Shown here in pieces: positions 52,280-64,000 of a stretch of DNA of 64,000 nucleotides. The notes under the pieces were generated by a model. The model saw only the letters and a program-made list of their open reading frames with translations. It ran no database searches and had not been told where the DNA came from. The stretch's first letter is position 1, and the number at the start of each line of letters is the position of its first letter. Origin of the DNA: Octopus sinensis (Eukaryota). The DNA is taken from positions 55,304,001-55,368,000 of the forward strand of contig NC_043000.1 of the NCBI RefSeq assembly GCF_006345805.1. Reading direction: 5' to 3'. The position numbers and the translations under genes were made by a program.

Positions 52280-53110
52280 GCACAAACACTGTATCTTGTG
52301 AACAGAAGAAATACAATGCAATGTGAAGTTGTAACGTTACACCTAGTTGCACGATTTTCTAGTTGCAACACAAACGTCTATTTTTGTCACGTGGTCAAGA
52401 GAAAAGTTACGTATATATTTTTGGCTGATTTACTAACTGTATATCATTGGCACTAATATCAAGTCATAACATATAAAACGTTATATCTAACAGGGCATAT
52501 TTCAGAAAATAGTTAAGTTTGCAGTGAAGTTCTGTCTGTATTATGCTTCACATATCATTCAATCACGAAACTGAGTTTTGTGCGCGAGGTGTGGGGCACA
52601 AGTCGGCTAGTTGAATGAATGTTAACCTAGACAGACCTAATGAATTTGTGGAGCTACAAATAAGATGACGGATGGATTCTGTGATGAAAACGATTTGAAG
52701 GTTGCAGTTGATCTAATAATTAATATTTCAGGAATATCTTCTACGCAGAATTTGAAATATAATAAAACGCAGCCAGGAAATTGAATATCATACCGACGAC
52801 TGTAGATTTAACCTAGGACGTTATCCACACAATCATCAATTCTGTATAATTTAATTTACTTGCAGTGATATTCACGATTCTCATCACGAAAACAAATAGT
52901 TTATTACTATGCATCACTGGACATTACATGTAGCAATCATAAATGACTAAAATCCTGAGATACGTTTCATTGAATGTTGTTTCAACTAATTCTAAAATAT
53001 GAGATCACCTTAAACGTGATTAGTTACTTGAAACGTAATGTTTATTTTTCTTTTACTACTTAACTGTACCTTACTTCTGCAAATGAATATTTTCTCTAAT
53101 ATTCATTGGA

Positions 53111-54237
53111 ACTGTTATATCGCAATACTACACAGTGGCTGTGTGAGATACGAAATCCTCGTCACCACTGTTATATCGCAATACTACACAGTGGCTGTGT
53201 GAGATACGAAATCCTCGTCACCACTGTTATATCGCAATACTACACAGTGGCTGTGTGAGATACGGAATCCTCGACACCACTGTAATATCGCAATACTGCA
53301 CATTGGCTGTGTGAGATACGAAATCCTCGTCACCACTGTTATATCGCAATACTACACAGTGGCTGTGTGAGATACGGAATCCTCGTCACCACTGTAATAT
53401 CGCCATACTGCACATTGGCTGTGTGAGATACGGAATCCTCGTCACCACTGTAATATCGCAATACTGCACATTGGCTGTGTGAGATACGGAATCCTCGTCA
53501 CCACTGTTATATCGTAATACTACACAGTGGCTGTGTGAGAAACGAAATCCTCGTCACCACTGTTATATCGCCATACTGCACATTGGCTGTGTGAGATACG
53601 GAATCCTCGTCACCACTGTAATATCGCAATACTACACAGTGGCTGTGTGAGATACGGAATCCTCGTCACCACTGTTATATCGTAATACTACACATTGGCT
53701 GTGTGAGATACGAAATCCTCGTCACCACTGTTATATCGCCATACTGCACATTGGCTGTGTGAGATACGAAATCCTCGTCACCACTGTTATATCGCAATAC
53801 TACACAGTGGCTGCGTGAGATACGGAATCCTCGTCACCACTTTTATATCGCCATACTGCAGAGTGGCTGTGTGAGATACGAAATCCTCGTCACAACTGTT
53901 ATATCGCAATACTACACAGTGGCTGCGTGAGATACGGAATCCTCGACACCACTGTAATATCGCAATACTGCACATTGGCTGTGTGAGATACGAAATCCTC
54001 GTCACCACTGTTATATCGCAATACTACACAGTGGCTGTGTGAGATACGGAATCCTCGTCACCACTGTTATATCGTAATACTACACAGTGGCTGTGTGAGA
54101 TACGGAATCCTCGTCACCACTGTTATATCGTAATACTACACAGTGTCTGTGTGAGATACGAAATCCTCGTCACCACTGTTATATCGTAATACTACACAGT
54201 GGCTGTGTCAGCTACGAATCCTCGTTGCCACTGTTAT
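53111..54237. repeat. 56-bp minisatellite, 20 units plus a partial unit
   Basis: Unit ACTGTTATATCGCAATACTACACAGTGGCTGTGTGAGATACG(A/G)AATCCTCGTCACC with an exact 56-bp period (53111, 53167 ... 54175). Confidence 0.97.
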
Positions 54238-54489
54238 GTTGCACGTTCGGATGCCTCAACTACTCAACTCTGCTCTATTACTACTCTCTACCTCCGACTG
54301 CTACTCTTCCACGACGTGTAGTCTTCTCCCTCTATATCTACGTATTGGGCTAGCCTACTTCGTCGTCTGGGGGCGTCGATACAACAGGAATTTTGGTGGT
54401 TGACTTCTTTCACATCATGTAGATGTGTTAAAATCACACACGCCAATCAATACGAGTAAAATATGAGTGTTCTGTTCATGCGCGTATGC

Positions 54490-54670
54490 GTTTTTAAGTG
54501 TCCCAGTATTTGTAAATGTCCATATCTTGACAACCAACGTTTGCTTATTTATGTTTCCGTAACTTGGCAGTTCAGTAAAAGCGACAGAGAAAATAAGTAC
54601 CAAATTTCTTTGACTAAATATTTCAAGGCAGTGCCTCAGGATGGCTGCTAACCAATGAATGAAATGAACA
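54490..54670 (+). mobile_element. SINE family A 3' half, old copy
   Basis: Contains CTTGACAACC..CCGTAACTTGGCAGTTC..AAAATAAGTACC..AAGGCAGTGCC..GGATGGCTGC. Confidence 0.6.
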
Positions 54671-55160
54671 AAGTGGCAAAGGAATGTGTATTTGATTATG
54701 TAATTGCTTGAGCATTTGTTTTCGATTATATATATATATTTTTTTTGTATGACCAGGACAGCAATTCCATATCAAGTTAGGCTATACACAGTAATATATT
54801 TTACAAACGTTTTACAGAGAAATACTGCAGAAAAAAAGGGGTTTCGAGAGAGATATAGTCACTTAATTTTAAACAGCTAATCATTATAGAACTTTCAAAT
54901 ATCAAATTGGACGAGGGTTGTAATAGAGTACTAATACATTGCGCTACTTAGTTATGCACATTGATATAACAAATTTAAATCTGCTTGCAAACCAAATACA
55001 TTTCTTACATATATAATCCATAGAATGAATTCTACTTGAGTTAGCTCAACTGTTTCAACACAAAGCAAAAATATGTGGCTTTGCGATAGTCTAAAAAATA
55101 ATTTACTACTGCGTCTATAACTGAATATTTTCACTTTACGACATCATAAAATACCAACTA

Positions 55161-56281
55161 CGTGGGTTATACAGAAAATAATGCAAAAAGAGGAAATCAA
55201 TTGTTTATTAACTGATTCAGGTCGCTCAAATTACATGTGTTGGTAGATTAAATCTTCGTCTGCACAAAGTAATTGCCAGACCTAGTCGCAATCAAAAGCA
55301 ACTTCGCAATTCCTCTTCAAAATATTCCTGTACGCACTGTTGTACGCGCTTCTGCACAGCCATTTTCACCTCTGCTATGCCATCAAGTTATTGTCCTCGG
55401 AGAATGTGCTTTGCTTCATTCATCCGAACACGTCAAAGTCTTCGATTCTAGATCCAGGATGTATATAGGTGTAGAAGACAAGTACCGAACTCAGTTTGCG
55501 AATTACCAGAATTGCTAAAACGTGTGTTCATATTATATTGTCATTGTAAAAGTTGATTTTTTCAGAGTTATATTTGATCACTTCTTCTGAATGGCTCCTC
55601 TAAGTATGAAAATGTAGCTTCGTTATTCACGCAACAGGCACGTTTCAAAAAATCTGGAAGTTTGATGCCCCTTCCAAATCTCAAAAATACATACCATAAC
55701 AGTCTGCCGATCCTTGAACAAGATCCGTCTCACGAACTAGATTTCTTTTATTCCTGGTTCATAAAGATACCTTCGTATTTTATCTCCTGTCAGTAGATCG
55801 TAGTAGACTTCGACCCTTCTAACCTTCAAATCGGGTGTTAACTGTCGAGGTACTTACTTTGCGCACACTTTCACTGCCCAATATCTTCCACCTTCTTTTC
55901 TTATTCATTGTGATCACAGTTCAGTTATGTCGAAGATAGACCGATTGTGATTTGCCGCTCTGTGCAATTCATTTTGTCCAACAGAGGGCAATTGTTGTGA
56001 GTTTGCTAGTGCGTGGTTTAACTTTAAGGCTAGTTTTTCCTTCTTTAAAATGCTTATTCTCCCCATATTACAATTGCCAAAGGTGGCATCCTTGTAAATG
56101 ACTTGTCTCTTCCTGTGGATGTCGGACAACATGCACCACTCTTCGTCAAAACCTCAGTGGAAGAATAAAAAGAAATACTAAATGGGAAATAACACTGTAA
56201 CAACAGTGAGCAGTTTGAATTATAGATATATCCGCCAATAAAAAAGTTAACAGTTTTGCTTTATTTTCGGTACAGCCTTCG
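55161..56281 (-). mobile_element. Mariner (DD34D-type) transposon with both TIRs, decayed and internally deleted
   Basis: TIRs TA-CGTGGGTTATACAGAAAATAATGCAAAA and TA-CGAAGGCTGTACCGAAAATAAAGCAAAA (rc), TA TSD. Reads KVCAK*VPRQLTPDLK, TGD..YLYEP, and YILDLES.DFDVFG (YSPDLAPSDF). Confidence 0.88.
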
Positions 56282-56572
56282 TATAAAAGCAGTCATGATA
56301 TATTAAACTCACTCTATAACAACATTCACAAAACTCAAGTTATTTCGATATCATTTAGTATTCAGATCTGATTTGCTTTTATATCTTGGATTTATTATAT
56401 AGAATTATGCCCATGCATGCACTGCAGAATTTTATTTTGTCTTCATATAGAAAGCACATTTTATTATAGGCAGAGTCTACTAAGCTTTCAATGTCTCTGT
56501 GTGAAGATAAAGTCGATATATTTTCTTACAAATTTATACGTAGAATTTATGATTTCAAAATGATTCCAACAG

Positions 56573-56626
56573 CAAAAGTACATCTGGGATAATTCTGGTG
56601 GTGATTCTGATTTTCAGACTTCTAAG
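56573..56626 (+). CDS. Possible further exon of the + strand gene (phase 2 to 2; KSTSGIILVVILIFRLL)
   Basis: Acceptor tgattccaacag, donor AAG|GTATTC, phase-compatible with exon E. A rival terminal exon starts at 48157 (VKSCP*). Confidence 0.25.
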
Positions 56627-59526
56627 GTATTCGCGTCTTATATGATCGACTGCAGTTTGAACTGAACAACATATCTTAATCTACTAAAACAACACACGTG
56701 ATTTTGAAAATATATTTGACAGGAATTTCAGCATAAAACATTTCAGAAATGGCGAAGTTTGAGGGAGACATGATTGTAGTATATTCATAATTTATTTGTA
56801 CATACCTATGGATTAGATTTAAATGATTATGCTAGATACACTGATACTCAACAATGTCTGAACATACACTATTATGCTTATATTGGCGCTTTAATCAACA
56901 GTATATTCAACGGGCTAACACAATGCTTATGAAACAATAGATGAAGTTAATTGTAACCTTTGCTTATAAATTTCGATTGTGTAACTATTTTAATAAATGT
57001 TACCGCATGAACCTTTAAAACCGTAATTTAAAACATTATTAATTCAAGTAAAAGGGAATCTGCATATTGCTTGATTACGTGAATTAACATACGTTACTAT
57101 GCAAACAACTGCTCTGTCCTATCAAAATCTGGAAACATGCCTATATACAGTTACCAAAGCATTTGTTAACATGAGAATATTGTAGAAACGCTAATAATTT
57201 CTATACATATGTTTAGCTGTTGGATAATAAATTATCGAGTATGTTTGAAGGAATTTGGTCTACATTTTACTTCAGTTATCTCTTAAAGTTAATGAAAATG
57301 CTTTTTTGCATTTATTATTATTGTATTTTTATACCCATTGGAACCGAGGTGCAATTATAATTCATTATATTCGCGTGCACAAAGACAAATGAAATGAATT
57401 ACCACATGTATACAAAAATATACGCATACGCAATGTGGCTACGCTGATTTACATACAGTTTCTGAAACAGAACTGTGGCAGAATATGTTACTATATATTA
57501 CTATCATATACTACCATTATCACACACACACACGCACACACATACACACACACAGGGACACAAATATATACACGCACCAGCTATACGATGTGTCATTCAT
57601 CTAAGTCATTTCTATGATTACAGAAAATATGGTTTGTTTATTAACGCAATTCCATATACATTAACGCGTATCTGCGACGAGAAAATAAGGTACAAAACTT
57701 AGAGAAAATAGAAAGGATGATATATTTTCTCTGTTTAATACTTTTTATCGGGTATATTTTCGGGAACATCATTAAAGTCATTTTGCTGTTGACGGAGCGA
57801 TATCTACTTTCTCTTCAAGTGTAAACCACGGGATACTGCAATATAATATTACAGACGTATACCGCAATATTTTCAACGTAGTTTTAGAGAGACATTTTTT
57901 CACATGCATATGGCTTAAGTATGAAATAATTACTAACTAGCTGTTCGTCATTTTCTGGAAGATAGAATATGCATGCTATCATTTCAGTTCAATGCTGCAA
58001 GAATCTAAGTTTAAATTTCCCGATATAATATACGCTACGAAAATTCCGATAACCATTGAAAGAAGTAATACATTTATGTATGATGAATTATAGTGGCTAT
58101 AGTTCACTGATATAGAGGACGCTTCATATTGTGCAGCTAAAAGAAAATACTAATGAAGCCATATAATCCACGTTGCCTATTTGCCCGTCCTGTAGAGAGA
58201 TAATGTTATCAGTGTTGTGATGGTGATCATAAAGGGTAACACAGTAGCTAAATTTTCATTCGGTGCCCTTGTGCGTAGTAAATGTCAAGCTAAACATACT
58301 TTTCCGAATCCTCTTACTATCGCAACATATTTTTATTAAGGCCTAAAATAATAGGTAATTCTGCAGTAGTGTACATTTGTCACTAAAGGAATAAGAGAGA
58401 AGTAGGGAGGTATTGCAATCTTACTTATTACAATTTAAGGATAATAATGCGAAGTTCAACAAGATAATTTCCAGGGAATTGTAGACATGTTCCTAGCGTT
58501 TGTAAAATTTACTGACATTTTACTACATTATGCAAAATCCACACGACATAATCTAAACAACTTCAGATGAGCTTTAAACAGGAGGATCAAAATAGATAAG
58601 GCTGCAAAGCCTATGTAGCACTCTAAATAAAAGAGGTCAATTTTTACAATACAGAATATCAACATGAGGCTTGCCTACTTGTGGGTGTGGATAGACAGCT
58701 AAATATACACATATACACATATAAAGATACATATATATTTACACACATATATATTTATACATGTAAACAAACACATACACACAAATTCCCACGTACATTT
58801 ATGTAGCACAAGAAAATGAACGACCCAACGAAATAAATAAACGGCTTTCTCTAAAATATAAATATAGACTAATATCTTGCAGATATAACATGAACAAAGC
58901 TTGTATTCTATTTTATGAGATAGGAAGAATGCGTACATATACTTGCATACGAAAATATACCATCTGTCTGTGTTTGTATGCATGTGTGCGTATGTATATA
59001 TGTATGTTTGTATGTACGTATGTATGTATATATATATATATGTATGCATATATCGCCAGAATCATTGTGCACTATACAACAATAATGATTATATATATAG
59101 TGCATATACATACAATGTATATATACATACATGCATATATATATATATATATATGCATGTATGTATGTATATATATATATATATTATATATATATATATA
59201 TTACAATGTGTTTATTTTTATGTGTTCTTAGTGACGTTTACATTGATTTATATACTCAGTAATATGAATGCGTCCTATCGCTTTAAGTACTTTGCTAAAG
59301 TTACTACATTAAGATACATTCTCATTGCATCTGCCACATATCTTTTTTCATATTACATGGAATTACGTGTAACATAGTCCATTCGGAAGCAGTAACGTGA
59401 TAATCGCTAAGAATAACTATATATATACGATTGAGTATTTGTCGCAAAATACACAGTTATTCCAAGAACACACCTGCAATTTAAACCTTCCCTGTCTCTT
59501 TCTCTCTCTGATTAATATCAATTTAC

Positions 59527-59567
59527 CTTGGAGTGAAAATGCAGTGTTTCTGTCGTCTACTGAGTAG
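59527..59567 (-). CDS. Possible antisense exon (phase 2 to 1; YSVDDRNTAFSLQ)
   Basis: Acceptor ttcccttttaaaag, donor AAG|GTAAAT. Phase-compatible with 62272-62335. Confidence 0.25.
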
Positions 59568-59767
59568 CTTTTAAAAGGGAACATCTGACATCCATTATGA
59601 AACTAAGTTTAACAGATATGATTATCTACTCACAACGGCTATGGGTAGTGTATGAAAGAAATATAAAATGGTTTCGTTGCTCACTACACTCACACACGCA
59701 CAAAACATACGCTCTCATATGTGCGCAAATAAATGTTCAAAGCTAAATGTATGCTCAAAATATCTCA

Positions 59768-60761
59768 GGTCTCGGACATTTACCCCACCCCATCCCACCA
59801 TGGACAATAACACCTCTTCCCAAGGATAATTACCCCTGAAGACAACAAGCCCCTAGGACAATTATCCCTAAGTAGTTAAACCCCGATGCGTACCATATTT
59901 ACAGGTGCCGCTATTTTTTACCAGTACCATTAACTTCTGTTACTTGATAGGGGGTGGCTAAAATCATTGAAACAAGATTTAGCATCCAAAACTGTCATGG
60001 TAGATTTTGAAAAGACCGTGATTAATAATTTACATTGGATATTTCCAGAAGCCGAGATAAACGGTTGTTTTTCTCACTTTAGTTAAATCATCTATAGAAA
60101 CATTCAATTTCACAGATTTCAACAGCAATACCAAAAGGATAAAGAGTTTTCAATCTCTATGAGAATGACAGCTGCTTTAGCTTTTGTTTCTACATGGGAT
60201 AGACTTTTGAAACCTTATGTGAAATACTCCCACCAGAAACATATCCCTTGCAAGATTATTTTGAGGATATATACTTAGGACGACCATGTCGAAGAGGAAG
60301 ACAGCGAGAACCACGGCTTGGAATGGATATATGGAATATGTACAACAGAACGTCGGATGAACTTTCAAGTTTCCTAGAACAAACAATGCTGTGGAAGGGT
60401 GCCACAGGAGTATCAAATGCTGGTTGTTGGCACCCAAACATTTGGAACTTTTTTAAATATATCAAAAGAGAGCAAGCATTACAACAAGTACTTATGACGC
60501 AATCCTTGACGGAATTTGCTAAACAGCCATCTAGAAAGAAATATTTTGATGTCTCAGCCCGTATTAACGCTGTAGTTATTAATTATGAAAACATAAATGT
60601 GATACAATACTTGCGAGAAATCGCGTATAACTTGCACTTTTAGATAATGATTTAAGACTCCTTAATATATTGGAGAGGGGAAATTAACCAAGTGGGATAA
60701 TGGTATTAGTGAGTAGTGGAATTCGTGGGAAATTGTCCTAGAGAGGTATTGTCATGATACG
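59768..60761 (+). mobile_element. Mutator/MULE DNA transposon, internally deleted, with 9-bp TSD
   Basis: Reads VMVDFEK..FPEAEINGCFSHF (CxxH-type motif), PRTNNAVEG (catalytic E) and HPNIWNFF..KREQ. Degenerate TIRs carry GGACA(A/T)TTACCC subrepeats. TSD AATATCTCA (59759-59767) and AATACCTCA (60762-60770). Confidence 0.9.
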
Positions 60762-62271
60762 AATACCTCAAACTACAATATATACAGCGACAAAATTGCA
60801 CAACTACAATACATACTTAAGATGCTGCTAACTCTAGTGTATAACTATGTTCCCCAAGCGAACAATAAACAAAAGTAACAGAAGAAGTAAGTATCATTGT
60901 CGACAAACATTGTGACTAAATATACTGTAAAATCATCACTGAACAACAGTTCACTAAGGGACAATCAATACAGCGGAATTCGCACGCAACTGCGCCCAAG
61001 CAAGAGCGCGCACGTTCTACAGAGACAATATACAAACGATCATATTTCACGAAACCTCTGCATTAAAACTACTCGATCGCTAAAAGTGGGAACCCTCCCG
61101 CAATGAGATACACTGCGCACACATTCTTAACATATACAAAATGTAAAATATTCCTGTGTAAACATATGTGACAGAACCAAGAAAGCAACTTGAATACAAA
61201 TAAGAAATGATAGACAGGTGTCATACATAAATTTTTCCAGAAGTTATGTCAGGACACAGGAAAATATATTTAAGTTACAAGAATTACATACCCTCTAAAC
61301 AAGAACAATGAAATATCCATTGCTGATCACAAAGAAAATTTTTAAAAAGTTGGGTTTGATGAAAAGACACAGAGAATCCCAAAAATAGAATCCCAAATCA
61401 AAATAAACGTCCGGCATATGTTGCTTATCTATACGTAGTTATGAATATACACAATCCTGTAACAGAACGCGTATGTATAAACATGCTGATTGACATATAT
61501 CTAATAATATACCATAAGTACAAAAATAACAAGCGTTGAACACATCATATATTCACCAATATTTCAACACATTTTAAACACATTTAAAAATTTAAAGTTC
61601 ACAAAATACATGCTTTTGAAGTAGACAAGCAATAATATTATTCTCTAATTTTAACAGAGAATCTCAATGAGCCACATGAATCCCACCCTTTAAGCCATTA
61701 TCATTCTTGATACAAACAACATTCCATACACAATAGCAAAAGCCACTTTACTTGAAATACCACATAATATATCAGACGCAGGAACTTTTCCATCTGCAAG
61801 TTTGTTCTCTATCAGTTATGAAGTTAAATTCACAAGGTTAACTCATAAACAACTAATTAAAATTTCCTGATTTTGTTCACAACAAATTTCCTGCCAACAA
61901 ATACTTTTTAATGTATCTTGAATATTTACAAACCCAATACAGTATATACCAATACATTATTTATAAACAAAAACAAAACTCTTTAAAAAACTTTAATTAA
62001 ATTTACAAATAAATATTTTAAATAAACAAACATAACACCAAATTTTAAAATCTCCCCACTACTAAATGAAGCAATGAAGTGGCAGAGCAGCTAATCAGCA
62101 AACATAAGGAAAACCAAATTATGAATGCAAGCAAGAAGCCACTGTCACTTCATATCTCATACTGTTTTCCTTTAAGCATCTGTATTTGTATACGCCACAT
62201 CTCCAGTTAATGAAGTGTTTTCGGTTGGCTGGCACACCTTAATACAGAGATATCCATGATTTTCCCTTCAC

Positions 62272-62335
62272 CTATATACGCTGGAAGGTGGCAAGACGAA
62301 GTTAACGGCGTTGATTTCACCAATCTTCAGATGAC
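62272..62335 (-). CDS. Possible antisense exon (phase 1 to 2; HLKIGEINAVNFVLPPSSVY)
   Basis: Acceptor gcgtttgcag, donor TAG|GTGAAG, locally GC-rich, only one frame open. Confidence 0.25.
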
Positions 62336-62899
62336 CTGCAAACGCAACTGTCACATCCTAAGTCCGCCACATCAGAACAATAGTTAAAAAGTTGTTTTAA
62401 AATTATCAGTGTTATTAATTAACGCTGATATTGCCTCGAATTATTTCTACTATACTCGATGAGCAGCAGAATGCCAGATTAAAACAAATTCCGAAAACTG
62501 AGATTTGCAGATACACAGAAACACAAATGTGCTTGAATATTTTGAATTTGACTAAAGTTCTGAAGTGGCCGTTTAATTATGTATTTTAGGTTTATTGATA
62601 CTTCTCACAGAAATGTTTTATAGTCCTTATTCATTATTCTAGACAAGAATATATGCATAGATTGCCATTAAAAAGAGCCATCGTGAACATTCTTAAATTC
62701 ATCTGACGAAGGCTATTAGATTTTTATGCAAGCATAAATCATGAGTGCATTATATATAAAGCTATCTAAAACTACTCTACCACAAATATTTCACAAATAC
62801 ATCTATAAAGTACTCTTATTAAGTCCCTCATAGAAAATGCAAATCGTCATATTGGTTTGTGTGTGAAATAGAGACAGAGAATGCATATACATAGACATG

Positions 62900-63280
<381 letters not shown>

Positions 63281-63529
63281 GTTCATGAGATGGTTGTTTA
63301 GAAGCAGAATTGAGTGTAGTGTAAAAATACATTCATTAAACGGAAAGGAAAACAAAACCGATTAATTTAATAACCTTCTTCTTCACGTGTATTTCCACAA
63401 TATGTTATTGATGGCTATTATGCAACTCACCGTGTAATAGCTATCACTAAGTTATTGCTGAAATGTAAATAAAGAAGGAAATTATTAAATTAATTGGTTT
63501 CGTATTCCTTCTACTCTTGTCTCGATATA

Positions 63530-63685
63530 TATGCATATATACATACAAACAATATACATATATATACATATATGTATGTATATGTATATATATATATATG
63601 AATATATATATATATGTGTATATATATATATATATATTCATATATATATATATACATATACACACATATATATATATATACATAT

Positions 63686-63718
<33 letters not shown>

Positions 63719-63890
63719 GTATTTATACATATACATATATATATATATAAATATATATGTGTGTTTGTCTATGTATATGTGTATGTATGTGTATGTGTGT
63801 CTATGTGTGCGCGTAAAAGTATATATAAATATAAATATTTACACATACACACACATACAAATACACATTCACAAACACACACCATATATA
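63530..63890. repeat. (TA)n/(TG)n/(CA)n compound microsatellite
   Basis: Direct reading. Confidence 0.9.
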
Positions 63891-64000
63891 TATTAATTCA
63901 TAAAATCGAGTGATAGTGTACTGGAGTTAAGCTTAAGGTACCGATTGTTCAACTTTAAAGATGGACACTGCTGTTTAGCAGAAATTGTTTTACGTAAAAT

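Noticed and set aside
53111-54237. CRISPR-like array, or a hammerhead in each unit (CTGTGTGA-GATAC-GAAA..GTC)
   Set aside because: The units are directly tandem with no unique spacers and no cas genes, in a eukaryotic context. The core lacks A6, has the wrong length and has no stem I pairing.
61100-62050. C/A-skewed 1-kb segment, possibly a decayed LINE ORF1 or Penelope interior
   Set aside because: No diagnostic motif could be read, so it is left unassigned.

Overview
AT-rich, microsatellite-dense animal genomic DNA. The SINE families and repeat content resemble an Octopus-type coleoid cephalopod (inference from recalled repeat sequences, no search run). Most of the window is intronic or intergenic and filled with decayed transposons: two Tc1, a mariner with both TIRs, a Mutator with a 9-bp TSD, non-autonomous Helitrons, a Gmr1-type LTR fragment, two RTE LINE 3' ends, six R4/Dong-clade pieces in or next to (AAT)n arrays, three Penelope-like remnants and many tRNA-derived SINEs. 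Small + strand exons with canonical splice sites and mutually compatible phases (16459-16547, 24472-24623, 31375-31524, 38327-38608, 47410-47482, possibly 2075-2118) join into a protein I cannot name, with one apparent 1-nt frameshift. The most notable structures are a Penelope-associated minimal hammerhead ribozyme with a compensatory U3-A8 core, a perfect 151-bp-arm palindrome, a LINE-fragment/SINE chimera present three times inside (AAT)n arrays, and a 20-unit 56-bp minisatellite. There are no rRNA, genuine tRNA or CRISPR loci. Translations, alignments and identity estimates were done by eye, and most ORF-track entries are microsatellite artefacts.
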